Positions 25,135 to 39,076 of a stretch of 64,000 bases of DNA are shown piece by piece. The notes below the pieces were generated by a model. The model was not told the origin of the DNA, ran no database searches, and saw nothing but the letters and a program-made list of their open reading frames with translations. Each line of letters begins with the position of its first letter. Within the stretch, counting starts at the first letter, position 1. Where the stretch lies: assembly GCF_036321535.1 (NCBI RefSeq), contig NC_087436.1, forward strand, positions 22,384,001-22,448,000, given 5' to 3'. The stretch is from Camelus dromedarius. Its lineage: Eukaryota. The position numbers and the translations under genes are program-made.

Positions 25135-25290
25135 TGTCTCTGCCAGACAACGTTCTAAGTACTCCTCAAATATTAACCCACTAGTCCTCCCAACCTCATA
25201 TGGGAGCAGTGTTATTATTTATTCCCATTTTACAGATGAGGACACTTAAGCATAGGGAAATTAAGAACTTGATAAGGTCAAACAATTCAG
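25135..25290 (-). mobile_element. MIR SINE
   Basis: ATTCCCATTTTACAGATGAGGACACTTAAGCATAG. Confidence 0.8.
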
Positions 25291-25516
25291 ATGCTGGATT
25301 ACATAACTTTTTTCTCACATGAGTAGACAGAATCCCTCTTCTTTGAACTTAAAACACAGCAATATTATTTTTCATTTAATTCATTGGCTACTCATTTCTC
25401 TCTTTTAGTTGTTCAAACATCCATTTCTTAAATAGTGGGGCTGTTCTATGGACCTGAGATTGTGACTGAAGTCTCTGCTGTCTCTAAGCAGATAGATACT
25501 ATCCCAAAGTTAATTT

Positions 25517-26089
25517 TCTTTTTAAAATAAACTATATTTGTAACAGTTTTATATTTACAGAAGAACTGTAGAGGTTTTTGTTGTAACTAATGCAAAGAGT
25601 TCCTGTACACCTTACACCCATTTTCCCCTATTATTGACATCTTATTATTAGTTATCAAATTTGTAAGTGTGCATTTGGTCATAGTATTTTTTGATTACAA
25701 TTTAATGTCCATGGGTTCAACACCAATGACCCTCTTCTCTCGTTCTGACATTGGTAATTCGTGTCTGCTCTATTTTTCTTGATTACCTTTGCTAAAGTTT
25801 GATTTTATTGATCTTTTCAAAGAACTACCTTTTGTTGGTTGGTTTTTATCTATTATTTCTTATTTTCGATCTCATTTATTTTTCCTCTAATTTTTATTAT
25901 TTATTTTCTTCTGTTTATTTAAATTATTCTTTCTTCACTAGATCTCTAAAGATGAAACTTGGTATACTGATTTTTGAAAGGTTTTTTTTTAATATGTCAT
26001 TTAATGTTGTGAAATTTCCTGTGAGTACTGCTTTTAAACATCCCAGAAATTTTAAGCTGTACTTTACTTTTAATTTAATTAAAATATTT
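25517..26089 (-). mobile_element. Old L1 (L1MC/MD-type) pieces: extreme 3' end fused to an ORF2 5' segment
   Basis: ACAGTTTTATATTTACAGAAGAA 3' end, then TTTTATTGATCTTTTCAAAGAACTACCTTTTG from ORF2. Confidence 0.7.
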
Positions 26090-28082
26090 TAACTGAAATA
26101 TAGTTGAAATATAATATTGTGTTAGTTTCAGGTGTACTACACCTGACTTGACGTTTACATACCCTATGAAATGATCAGCATAATAGATCCAGTAACAATC
26201 TGTCCCCATACAAAGTTATTACTATATTATTTAACAAATTCCTCATGCTGCATATAACATTCCCATGATTTATTTATTTTGTAACTGGAGGTTTCTACCT
26301 CTTAATCCCCTTCACCTATTTCATCCACTCCCTGCACCCTCTTCTCTCTGGCAACTACCATTTTTCCTCTGTATCTACAAGTCTGTTGTTTTGTTTTGTT
26401 TGTGTTGTTTTTTAGATTCCATATATAAGTGAGATCATATGGTATTTGTCTTTGACTTCTTTCACTTAGAATAATACCCTCTAGATTCACCCATGTTGTC
26501 ACAAATGGCAAGAATTTATTCTTTTTAATGGCTGAGTAATATTCCACTATATACACATGTAAATACTCAGAAGTGAAATTCCTGGATCATATAGTAGTTC
26601 TATTTTAAACTTTTTGAGGAAAGTCCATATTATTTTCTATAGTAGTTGCACTAATTTACATTCCCACCAGTAGTGCACGAGGTTTCCCCTTTCTCCAAAT
26701 CTTCATCAACACTTGTTATTTGTTATCTTAATCATAAAACATAATAGCCATTCTGACAGGCATGAGGTAACCTCCCATTGTAGTTCTGATTTGCATTTCC
26801 CTGATGATTAATGATGTTGAACATCTTTTCATGTGTCTGCTGGCCATCTGTATGTCTTTGGAAAAATGTCTTTTCAGGTCCATTGCCCATTTTATAGTTA
26901 GAGTGCTTTTTTTTTTTTTTTTTTTTTTGATGTTGAGTTGTATGAGATCTTTACATAATTTAGATATTAACCGTTTATGAGATGTATCACTTGCAAATAT
27001 CTTCTCCTATTCAGTGGGTTGTTTTTTCATTTTGTTGACAGTTTCCTTCACTGTTTAAAAACTTTTTAGTGTGATGTAGTCCCATTTGTTTGTTTTTGCT
27101 TTGTTTCCCTTGTCTGAGGAGACATATTCAAAAAAATACTGCTAACACTGATATCAAAGAGAGTATTGCTTCTGTTTTCTTTTAGGAGTTTTATGGTTCC
27201 TGAGTCTTTTATTTAAGTCTTTATTCCATTTTAATTTTATTTTTGTATATGGTGTGAGAAAGTAGTCCAGTCTGATTCTTTTGCCTGTAGCTGCCCAGTG
27301 TTCCCAACACCTTTATTGAAGAAATGGTCTTTTTCCCCATTGTATATTCTTGACTCCTTTGTCATCAATTAATTGATGGTGTAAGCATGGGTTTATTTGG
27401 GGGCTCTCTATTGGTTCCATTGATCTGTGTGCCTGTGTTTGTGCCAGTAGCATACTAATTTAATTACTGTATCTTGTAGTATAATTTGAAATCAGGGAGC
27501 ATCAAACTTGCAGCATCCATTTTCCTTCTCAAGATTGCTTTGGCTATTTCAAGCCTTTTGTGTTTCCATACAAATTTTAGAATTATTTGTTCTAGTTCTA
27601 TGAAAAGTGTCATTAGTATTTTGATAGGGATTGCATTACATCTGTACATTGCATTGGGTTGTATGTTCATTTTAACAGCATTGATTCTTCAATTCATGAG
27701 CACCATATGTTTGTGTCATCTTCAGTTTCTTCCATCAGTTTCTTCCATCAGTGTCTTATAGTTTTTAGAGTACAAGTCTTTTCCTTCCTTGGTTAGATTT
27801 ATTCCCAGGTATTTTTCTCTTTTGATATACTTACAAAAGGGATTGTTTTCCTAATTTATCTTTCTAATAACATCATTATTTTTGTATAGAAACATAATAG
27901 ATTTCTGTATATTAACTTTATATCCTGTAACTTTCCTGAATTCATTGATGAGTTCTAATACTATTTTGGTGGAATCTATAGGGTTTTCTATATAGTGTAT
28001 CAAGTCATCTGCAATCAGTGACAATTTTACTTCTTCCTTTCCAAATTGGATTCTTTTTATTTACTTATTTTTTGTCTGATTT
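26090..28082 (-). mobile_element. L1 (L1MA9-like) 5'-truncated copy, ~2 kb
   Basis: ORF-track fragments NAIPIKI...[11 protein letters not shown]...LPDFKLYYK and EYYSAIKKN...TTWVNLEGIILSE are L1 ORF2; 3' UTR at the left end. Confidence 0.95.
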
Positions 28083-28109
28083 AGAGAGACTCACTTAAAT
28101 GAGTCACTC

Positions 28110-29010
28110 TCTTTTAGAAAGACCTTACTTTACATCAAAATCAACACATTCAAAACCCAATCTAAAGTCACATGTATCCTATTCTTCACTCAGCTTTCCC
28201 TTGTCTTCTGTTAATGTTACCATCATTATGTATGAAATTAGATCTTGAAATGATCTTTGATTCCTTTCTTATCCTCAATATTGACATCCAATAATTTGGC
28301 AGATGTTAGATTCCTCAACTGCTGTGTAGAGGAATTACCTCCTTCCCAATTTTACTTTCAAATGTCAAGTTCAGACTTTCATTAGGTCTTTTCTTGCCTT
28401 TTACAATTGCCTTCTACTGTCCAGTGATCCCAATTTTAGATTAATCTTTCTAAATGCAACTCTGATCATGCTATTACATGTTATTAGCTATTTCAAAAAC
28501 TATCAAAAAATCCCTTTTGGATACTGACGTAAATGCACCTTCCTCTGCTTTGAACTTGGCATCCTCTCCAGTGTGATGAAGCCCACCTTTCCAGTCTTCC
28601 CTTCCTTCAGTCCTCACACTCCCATGGTTCATCCTGAGTGAGCTGCTATGAATTCTGCCTCATACTTTCCAGTCTCCGTGCTCATTCTGTTATTTTTCAA
28701 AGTCTCCTTTGACGTTTCAAATCTTTCTTTCCTCTCAACATTCATCTCATGTTTTCCATGGACTATCCATCTTCTCTCCTTCTTCTCTATGTTGATGAGA
28801 ATTTCTGTTTCTTTGATCCCCTATAAAAATAGTTACAACTCTAAAGTTATCATTTTCCCTCTTGCTTTAGCTGTGTGTTTCACTGTTATCTTTCCCTTCC
28901 TCAGACACTATTTGCATGCTCTGGAGAGCAGAAACTGGGAAATATTCATCTTTCTATCATTTTAAGTTCGCCACACTTCCTGACACTTAATAATTATTTA
29001 ATGAGGATAT
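28110..29010 (+). mobile_element. L2 fragment
   Basis: ATCTTTGATTCCTTTCTT, AATCTTTCTAAATGCAACTCTGATCATG. Confidence 0.65.
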
Positions 29011-30039
29011 ATTTAAGTTAAATAAATATACTTTTCATCCCTCTTTTCTTGTTTAGTGATATAGAATGGAGTGGTGAATGAAGAAGGAGACAGTCTGTAC
29101 ACATAAAATATTTATTTTAATTTTACTTCAGAAAACCAGAGTTTGACAGCTTCTCAAATTGCTAAATAACAAGTCTGATCTTGAGGACTATCTAATAAAA
29201 GCTGGTGATGTCTGGATATCAAAACCTCTAAGTCTCAGCAGCTAGCAAGCCTGTGTGTTGGTATATACCCAATGGTAAGGCTTGATACCATAGCTTCAAA
29301 ATTGATAATTATATATAATGAGGCTCTAAAATTGTTTGTCTGCTTCAAAACTAACTACCAGCTCTGGCTCAAATTCATTAAGAAGCATTTTTCTCTTGAG
29401 TGTCTCATTATGAGAAAGGGTCTTAGTGCCAATAAACTTCTCACGTGACTGATGCTAGAATGCAGAGCTCGGATGGCCTTGGGAACCATGATTGCCAAGC
29501 CCACAATTTAGTATCTTGGAAAAGCACTGATGTCTGAAATGCAACTTCAGAGTGAAAAAATAAGCAAGGGAAAGAGGTAGACCACACTAAGGTAACACTC
29601 CAGGGACTCACTGTGGCCTTGAGGAAAGCTAAATGTCTTCTAACATCCTGCCAAAGTTTAGTGTATGTGTCCACCAGGATTTTAGACTTTTCAACTGAAA
29701 TGCCTGAGAACTATCTTCAGTTTGAAAGTTTTTGCTGTTAAAAAAATATGAATGCCAGGATTTGGGCTTTAATTTTCTTTAGTCGCTTGCCTTCACAGGA
29801 TGCTCAGGCCCCTGGGTGGCAGTTTCTCTATAAACACTTCAGTGATGAAAAAAATTAATGTTGTGTTTTACGAATCTTTTTGTAATCAGTCATCTTTGAA
29901 CATTGGCCTGAAAGGAGAAACTTCTTTGTCCCCATAACTGAAGTAAACCTAGGTAAACAAAAATTACTTGTCTACTATTTTATTAAACTTATGAGACCTT
30001 TCGCATTCCTTCTTTCATACCTTGTTTCCTTCCTTTCTC

Positions 30040-30470
30040 ATTGCATTTATTCATGCAATTGGCTACTACTCAAAAATATATTTTTGTGTCAAGCACAGAC
30101 AAAGATGAATTAGGTTCTTGGCCCATGAGAAGATTCCAGTCAACAGGAAGAAAAGAGCCACATGAAGAAACAAATGCAGTTGTGTGTTGTGGCAACTCTG
30201 ATCTAGGTAATTATGGAGTACAGAGGAGAGCCAAAGGAATTACTGATCAGTTTTACCCAGATTGGGGTCAGAAAGCCTTCATAGAGAGAGCCTCACGAGT
30301 TGAGTCTTCAGTGCTGAATGTATGCTTGTTAAGAAGAGAAGGGTTGAGGAAGCCATGTGAACAATCCCTTGGCAATGCCGATATGGTGCTTCAAGGGCAC
30401 CACACATCATTAGGCATGGCAAGGGTACAGCAGGACTATGTCAGGGGTAAGTCTGGGTACCCAGTGTCTG
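30040..30470 (-). mobile_element. L2 3' fragment
   Basis: CATTTATTCATGCAA terminus; GGTCAGAAAGCCTTCATAGAG. Confidence 0.5.
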
Positions 30471-31649
30471 ATTAGCCTCTTTGCATCCCTCTTAAGAGCA
30501 AATTGGTCTTTTCTCTTTGATTTCAGATCCCTCTGGTTCTTTTCTTTCGTATTGCCCTGGGAGTGCTATGAAATGTTTACTTTGATCTTCAATTAACTCT
30601 CTAGCTTGCCCTCAACACCTTCTCATTTACTATTTAGCCCTTACTTGCTCTAGGTCAATTATCTTGGGCTTGTCTTTTTTTTTTTTTTTTTTTTTTTCAG
30701 TTTTCAGTTTTATTAGGTAGGATTGTTACAATTTGACTGCACATATACAATATATTGCATGTAAATACATATACAAAATATACTGGACATATTTTTTAAT
30801 TTACATATATGTACTGTTTATTGTTTCTAAGAATGTTTAGAGCTTTAGCTTTTTAAACTTACATAGTTGTCAAAGGAATAAAGCCAACCACAAAATAAGA
30901 ATGAATTCAAAAAATACATACAGCCCACTATAAACAGCAAAATTATTTATAATTGTAAGGCTTGCCTTTTTCGGAAAACTTTCTATCCTCAAATATCTTT
31001 CTGTGATACAAGAATTTTCAGAAGAAATGTTAAAATCCATACTCTGAACCATATTTTTCCTGAGTACCAATGACATCAAGCACATAATCGTATTGTCAGT
31101 ATGTTAGAGACAGAGAGATGAGCAAGCAGTGCTGTCCACCATTACCACCTCCCATGTAAATGAAATGAAGTTTACATCTACCTAGTTATGTGTTACTGCA
31201 TTCCCAGAAAATGACTGATGGGTTTTCACCCATTTGGCCTGACCTGAAATATAGAATTTAAGGGGTCCTGTCATAATCATGGGGTGGAGGAATAATAAAG
31301 AAGCAGTCTTTCCTTTTCTTACTGAAATAAGGTTTAGTGGAGGCCGATGTGATTATTAATCAGGAGAAACATGTCATGGTGTTAAAAATAAAATGTGCAG
31401 TGGAAAGAAACAGGCTTCAAATCACAAATGATGAGAGGAAATGTTTTGAATTTCAAACCATGATTTTTCAATCAAACTACTCATATGGGAAACCCTAATT
31501 AATTGTTCTAAAGTGAGTTGCGTTGAAATGTATTTTACTTTTTTATTTATGCTTCTTTGGCCATCTCTCTGTCAAAGGCTATGGTTCTCCCAAACAATAA
31601 GGGATGGGCCAGAATTTGTACCACTTATTTTGTGCCTAACCACCATGTT

Positions 31650-31850
31650 TCAGGCACAGTGTGCAGGTACTATACCTACATACTGGCTCCTCATCTGGAT
31701 ATTCCTATAGCCCTGTGCAGTAGGTGATGTCACTCTCACTTTATAGATTATAAAACAAGGCATAAAAGATAAACACTGTGGTCTAAGTCACATCATATGG
31801 TTAGTAAGCAGATTTGGTATCTGGCTCCAAATCCCAAGTTTCTAACCACA
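31650..31850 (-). mobile_element. MIR SINE
   Basis: CAGGCACAGTG...CCCTGTGCAGTAGGTG...CACTTTATAGAT. Confidence 0.6.
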
Positions 31851-32764
31851 TTGATTCTAGTTAATGAGCTAGACAGAGGTCTGTTTAGAAGATGGTTGAT
31901 GCATCATATTGTTTATATGTAGCAGAAATGATCCACTCTGACTCTGGAGGAGTTAGTCTTGTTGAAACAGGACACTGACTCTGGCACTGTGAGTTAGCTA
32001 GACGCCCTGGATTTGCATTTATACACGCAAGAACCTCTGCCTCTGCCTTCATCCACTGATGTGCTTGTGCCCATGAAAACAAGATGCCCACGAGTGGAGA
32101 AGAATTGAGTAGTGGGCAATTCTTAGAAGAATCTCATTTTCCCACTTTTGCCCCTCACTTGCTGTATAATCAGCTTAATCTAATATTCCCTCACCTGTCC
32201 TATGAAATTAAATTCTACTAAAATTTTAAGTAATATCTGTGTCCATCTGATGAATTTCTAAAGGATTTGACATGATCTAATGTAATGTTTAATACAAGCC
32301 CCTAACACTATAATCTTTTAGATCAGACAACACAAAAAATATCCTGGGAGTGTTATAGCTTCTGGTCTGTAATATTTTCTCAGATATAATATTTTTTTCT
32401 CTATTTTTCAGAAAATTCAACTCAAAGTTCTTCTCCAGGGAAATAATTAAGTCAAAACCCCAAGTCTTTTTAGTGGAGCTCTCCAGAAACTAATGGTTTT
32501 ACAGAGGAAATAATTATTTTATAAGATAACTTCTTTAAAAATAAAAGCTGCCACAATATCCAATTTGAGTAGAGAACAGTACACTATAATGAAATAACTA
32601 ATTTAAATATCAAATCAACAATGGTGCATTATTTCCAAGATTACGCTGGAATTTCTTGAGTTATTTTAGAGATTATCTGAAGTTATAGCAAATGATAAAA
32701 ATATATCTTAAGACTGCAAAGTCTAGGTGAAAAGTGGGGTGAGCATCTTTTTTATTATGCCTTG

Positions 32765-33857
32765 TGTGCTGAGGGGTCCTCAGGACCGCCCCCAGGCTTG
32801 ATGATTCATTAGAACTCACAGGATCCAGCATATAGTTATATTCATGGCTGTGATTTATTACAGTGAAAAGCTGCAAAGCAAAATCAGCAAAAGATAAAGC
32901 ACATGGGACAAGGTCTGGAGGGGACAAGGTCTGGAGGGAACCAGACACAGGCTTCCAAGAATCCTTTCCCAGAAGACTCACATAGGATTAACTTAATTCC
33001 TGAAACAACACTTGTGAAATGTTGTCTACCAGTGAAGCTCATTAGAGATTCAGTGCCCAAGGCTTTCACTGGGGGCTGATCAAAGTGTTACCAAGTCCAA
33101 TCTTATCTTGCTTACCAAACAACAGGCCAATAAATCAGGAGACAGGGTGTTGGGCAAGGAATAACAGCTTTATTGAGAAAGCCATTGGACTGAGAAGATG
33201 GAGGACTAATGTCCTGGAGAACCATCTTACCCAAGTCAAAGTTCAGATTCCTTTTATACTAAAAAGGGGAGGGGGCGTGGTTATTTGTTGCAAACTTCTT
33301 GGTGTCAGAATGTTTCGTTCTTGCAGCTGTCCATGTAGGTCAGGTCACGATGTTCCTATAAATCTCCAACAAGACAAACGTTATTCTCTGTTCCACAACT
33401 TTTTATCTCTATATAAATGGAAAAATGTTATAGCTTTAAAGGGCAGAGCCTTGAGAATGGGCTATCCTGCATGTTTCAGGCTATAGGTAACATTGTTTTA
33501 CAAAAGATGCAGAATCAGGATGACTAAGCACAGGAAACAGAATACAGGGTTAGAGCTAAAGGAACAGATCCAACATGGAGTCAAATTTGTGCTTCCCTAT
33601 TACAATAGGCACCCTCTATCAAGCACATGCCAAAATTCCAGACTCCCAGAAGGAAACCAGATGTCCAGTATAATCCATATTATTGTACAAACACTTTAGG
33701 CACTTTGGGTCTCACTCTTGTCATTCTGGGAATGATGGAAAATCCTCCCAAAGTCCCAGATGTCAGCCAAGGGCCAACCTTGCAAGCAGGCCTAACTTGC
33801 TATCCTGTCTAAGGATGGTAGCGGTTTCGGACCTACTCTGTTAATTGTTTCTGCACA
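32765..33857 (-). mobile_element. MER68-like solo LTR, complete, with a nested ERV1 LTR
   Basis: TG...CA termini; perfect 5-bp TSD CCTTG (32760-32764 / 33858-33862); minus start TGTGCAGAAACAATTAACAGAG. Confidence 0.85.
33086..33604 (-). mobile_element. Solo ERV1 LTR (same family as 46514-47034)
   Basis: TGTTACCAAG...TATTACA; near-TSD AAAG/ATAG; TTTATT near 33170; host LTR resumes after it. Confidence 0.85.
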
Positions 33858-36342
33858 CCTTGCCGGCCTGACAGTAACACTACTTCCAGCCCCTGTGACT
33901 CCCTCACTGGCCCAGACAGAGAAATTGGAATGCATAGGGCAAGAGCGGAGAAGACAAGAAAGCTCCTCAAAGGACCAACAGGAGGTGATGATGATTGACC
34001 TATTTCCCCAGCCAGAGGCTTGAGCCTCCAGCAATCTACTGCCATCTCACAAGGCCTTTGCATCAAGAGCGATCGCTAATGACGAGAAGTTAAAAGTGAG
34101 GGATACTGACCTTTCTCAAGGGCATTTGTGCTTGCAAATAATGATTAATTATAAAAGATTCAGATCACACTGCTAATGTCATTTGGCATGAAATTACCCT
34201 TCTTTTTATCAGGACCTAAATGATAGTCATTTTTTTTCTGTCCTCAGGAGGGACACTAGGTACCTCTTGGTTGGCTGCCTGGCTTCACTGTTCCCCAGCA
34301 GTTCAGGCTCTAAGATCAGCAAGGATAAATTCCAATTGGCCAGCCTCACACTCCCGGCTCAGGGATAATAGGAGCTAATTTAGTTCTTCATGATGATATG
34401 ATAATACTCCTTCTCAGGCGTATGAAATGGAAATCAGTTCCTGTGTGAAATACCAAGAGGGTGGAAACCATGGAACTGGAAAATAAGTTTGGCTCTTTGA
34501 GGCTAAATTTTGCTCTTTTTTCTATAAACCTTAAAACTGTATTTGCATGAGGCTTGGATTAGGAGTCAGCAGGAAAAAGTAAAGGAAAAAGAATGCCTGC
34601 AATTACCACTGTGACAGTTCTCCATTTTTCCCGGGGGTCCAGTGCCTAAGAAGAAGAAAATGGATGACAATTTGCTAATTGTTCTGAAGTGTTTCAGACA
34701 GGTCTGATTTTATGCTAAGGAACACAATTAAATTCTCAGAAATACTCTCTCTAACACAAGAGCATCTCCCTGGGGAGTCTCAGAAGCCAGGAGAAGGGAT
34801 TTAAGAATGAGTTTTTGCAAACTGTTCTTATAATCTCCATTCCTACCTTATAGCTTTGAAAAAGCAGAAGATAATTTGGAGAAAAATGAAAACATGCATC
34901 CGTAGGTAGTTGCTCAAGTACTTCCTAGAGACTTTAACCTTGCTCTTTTAAATAAGATTCTGATTTATATTCCAAGTCCCTTGCTTTCTTTGTCTTTCAT
35001 CTCAAGCAATAATAAAAAAAAATAAATAAACACAACATTTTACAGAGCTCTAACCCAACTTCAAACTTTTGCATGCTCATCTATTCGTCCAAAATCTGAA
35101 ATATTGAAAGAGGGTTTATTCATTAAACAATGTCAGAGGGACTTTATGTTTACATTATTTTGTGATTTTAAACATGAAATTCCTGCACAGGATCGCTATC
35201 CATGTGACTAATCATGTGGGTGTTTCTCACTTCACAGCTGCTGCAATTTTTCTTCCAAGGCTGACACCCCTGTTAACGCGGTCCCTTAGACTTGCTTTCA
35301 TGTTCTCAATAATATCTCTCCTTCAAAAGTATTTCATACCTGGTGATTGTACTAGGTGTCCTTTATGTGTAAAATCCTTCCACTGAAACTCTAAGAAAAA
35401 TATTATATCTGGCTTAATTTTTACAAAGATAAAATGAAACAGTATTTCCAATTTGATTAAAGATTTGTATTTATTCTTTTTATAACTATTCCTGTCACTG
35501 ACAAAAGGAAAGCCTGAAGTGAGGGGGAATACGGATTCAGTTTACTTCAGAGGAACCTGTGGCGTTGAAACATGTGTACCAAACTAAGCCATTTAGACAG
35601 CCCTTGCCTTAGAACAGCTAAACAAAGACTACTGAAAAACCAAGAGAGACAGCTGGGTGACAGTGCAAACTAAAGCACTATGTGCAGACTTTGACCAGAC
35701 ATGAACCCAGCCTGGATCAGACTATAGCTATAGAAACGAAATCTTCTAAATGTGTGCGACGTGTCAGCTCTCTAGACATTCTCTTACCAGCCGTGCCTCC
35801 TACTGGGGAAAAGAAGATTAGACTTCATCTCACACTTTGTCCAAATTTAGACCCAATCCAGGATTCTTGAACCTAGTTTCTTACTTTGTATTGGCAGATT
35901 ATTACTTTTTTTTTATTTCCCCTCTTGGAAGTAGAAGTCAAGAAGACATACTAAAGAGTTTAGGCTTAGCCTGAGATGGGAGTTCTTGTGTCAGCAAGAG
36001 TATTTCAGAGATTTAATTGCATTCCTTAATTTAAATTGAAACGTGGTTCTTTTTGTACTGATCGATGCCCTCTGGCCAGAAAATTGTTATTAGGTTCAAT
36101 GATGTCATTTTTCTTATGAAAGATCAAGAAGGTAATCCAATAGTAATTCAATTACTTCTTCCCCTGACCCCTGAACAAGTAGCCTTCTTCTGACTCGGTT
36201 TTAGGGAGAAATAAGCCAGTTAAGGATCAACCTTTAATCCTACCCCCACCATAAAGTATTTCCACCAGGGGAGAAATCCCTTAAGTGAAGGCCTGTTTCA
36301 AATAGATGGGAGCTGGGGAGGGCCCAGGGCAAGGGTTGCCGT

Positions 36343-36518
36343 CAGAACCACTACATAATTGGTGGGGCTCAGTGCAAAATGAAAATGCAGAGCATCTTGT
36401 TCAAAATTACTAAGCATTTTAAGAGAGTGACAGCAGAGTCCTAAACCAAGTGCAGGGCTCTCCTGAGGGTGGGTCCTTTTGTGTCTGCACAGACTGTGTG
36501 CCCTTGAAGTCAACCCTG
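36343..36518 (-). mobile_element. MER45A (hAT-Tip100)
   Basis: CTACATAATTGGTGGGGCTCAGTGCAAAATGAAAATG...TGAAGTCAACCCTG, ~176 bp. Confidence 0.9.
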
Positions 36519-38097
36519 TCACAGTATCTGTACACATACCTGAAACCAGTCTGCTTACAGCTTAGGGTCTGTGATAGGGTCTGGCTCAGTGAGTAAAATT
36601 CCCTCTCCTCTTCTGGGGATCTCTTTCTCAGAGTCCTTGAAGGGCCCTCTGCCATCTGGTTGTTATTAGATAAGGAAGCCACTCAGCCAAACATTTAAAG
36701 TGCGTCTGTAGGTGGAAAGCCTGCTCTAAAACAAAATCTGGATCTTTGTCCTTTTCCTGTAATGGAGCCCCTCCACCCTCTGTGTAATCCATGAATGCAA
36801 GTGGATACAAAGGGAAGTGGGCAGACCCCAGAGCAGGATAATTGAAGACCTCAGGCACTAACTCCTCTCAGCCATCCCCGCTGCCACCCCTACACTTTCC
36901 TAGACATGCCACACAAGAAGCCTTAGCACAAATGTGACACCTTTTACAATAGATTTGCTGGTGAGACTCAGCAACCCCATGGGCTTGGATGCAATGACTA
37001 AAGCAAACATTGCATTGATTCTATTTTTCCAGTATCCTTATGTCAAGGAGATCTGCTTCAGTCCAGCATTTCCACTCCCTCCTATCAAGGGCACAAATCC
37101 TTTTCTACTCCTTTTCTGCCTAATTACTCAGTCAGGCCTTAATTTGTTAAAAATTAAGTACACATATTCACATGCAAATTTTAAATGCCTTTAATGGTGG
37201 TGACCGGGAGCCAAATTCACTTCTCCAGACAACCCAACAAAAATTGGTTTTCAGCCCACATCCCCGGATCTGCTTGAACCACGCTGTGTTTCAGAATAAC
37301 CCCACACTGAGTCATAAATGAGTAATTTAGGATTGCCAACTCCTTTTCCTTTCAAAAATCCAATCAAGTCAGGACACATAAATTCCACTTGACACACTGA
37401 TAAAGATTTGGGGGAAAAAATACTGAGAAGGGCCATGGGAGCTATTCTCAGCTCAGGTTAAACCAGCTTCATCTCATAAGAATAGTGGCAATCAAATTTG
37501 TTCTCGCCTTTCTTAAAAATATAATTAGAATGCAGAGAGAAGTATATGAAAAGGGATGGGATTATTTATGAAAGTTTTAGAATAAATCTTTCTGTGTCAG
37601 GAGATTTGCCCAGTGGCAAGAATTTAATACATAAGCATAACTCTTTAGAGAGCTCCTGCTCCAGGGAATTTTTTTTTTCCTTCCCCAACCAGGGGGAACT
37701 TGAGGAAATGAAAATTTTCAAAAAGATGTTAGAAGTGGATGGGCAAAACCCAATTTGATCTCCACTGTAATGGTATTATTCCATTTTGGCATTAAAGAAT
37801 AATATCCATAATGTGAAGATTATGCCAAGTGCTCTGTAAAAGGCTGCAAACCTTGAGGCAGTCATTTCTGACTTGCTTCCAATTGTGCTGGGAACAATGC
37901 ACACAGATATGCCGAGAAGTGCAGTGTCAGCAAAGCATTTGGGGCTGACAGTTTGGAGAAGCAGGCAGCTGAGTCCCACCCTCAGAATACAGAAGCCACT
38001 TATATAGGAGAGAAAAAACATAGTGTAGAAGTTGAAGGCTTTGTCTACCAAAAGGGTGTGGGTATATTAACAGTATGCTTTCTTGCTGAAAAAAAAT

Positions 38098-38133
38098 GTA
38101 TATATATATGTGTGTGTGTATTGCATGTATATA

Positions 38134-38191
<58 letters not shown>

Positions 38192-38200
38192 TTTATATAT
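38098..38200 (+). repeat. Compound (TA)n/(TG)n/(CA)n microsatellite
   Basis: Directly visible. Confidence 0.95.
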
Positions 38201-38614
38201 TTCTCAGCATAGTGTATATATTTTTGAGAGAAGTCCTGTAAGTACTGGAAATGTGTTGAGGTCCAGCAGAGCATTCATCTCTGAAACTCAAATTTCACTT
38301 TTGTACCATAGCATGCTGCTCCTAGCCTTATATCCTTGCTCCTATCCACAGAGGAAGGTCAGAGACCCAGCCGGAAGTAGCCGTCAGGTTTCATCTCACA
38401 TGTCACATCTATTATAGTGGCTTCCTGGGAGCTGTGTGGAGAAGAATCATGTGTCTGTGTCTGAGATCAGCAGGAAAGATGACAGTGACTGATGAGTGAG
38501 GTCTATCATGGCGCACAAGGGAAAGCTTTACTATAAATTTTTCATCTCTGTTCTGGACTTCGTCAAGTTTGGGGAAATAGATGGAAGAGGGTAGATTTAT
38601 AGTGGGGCAATGGA

Positions 38615-39076
38615 AGTGGTGTGGTGGTCTTGGAGGTACATGATTTCCCTTCAAGAGTGACCCAGTGGCCACACCTTTGGGATCCACTGATGTGTTCACA
38701 ATTAGGCCATAAGTTCCCTGGCTTCTGCCAGCTAATGAATGAGCACGGTTGTGGTACTAGAGCCACGTAGTTTCTTCTTGACGTGGGACTCTTCTAAGGA
38801 ACGATCTTTGCAGTGGGGCTCCTCTCAGGCCAGGCCTAAACTTCCTGGGAGATGCACTGCATGCAATCTGAGACCTTTCTCACCCAGTCCCCCTTCTTTT
38901 CCTCCCTCCTTTGACAAGCACCATACTGGAATGTCATCTGAGGGCTCTCTCTGCCTACTTCTGTTCTCTCTCCCTCTTTTTTCTCCCCTACAGCCTACAC
39001 AGGCATTTTCCCAATCAACACTTTGCACTTCCAGTTCTGTCTACAGCATCTTCTTCTCAGAAAACAAGAACTGACA
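38615..39076 (+). mobile_element. LTR16-family (ERVL) LTR
   Basis: 3' end ACAGGCATTTTCCCAATCAACACTTTGCACTTC...CTTCTCAGAAAACAAGAACTGACA. Confidence 0.75.

Noticed and set aside
30041..30475. 144-aa ORF
   Set aside because: Antisense to an L2 remnant, non-ATG start, no homology recognised
37927..38417. 115- and 154-aa ORFs
   Set aside because: Held open by the TA/CA microsatellite (YIYI runs)
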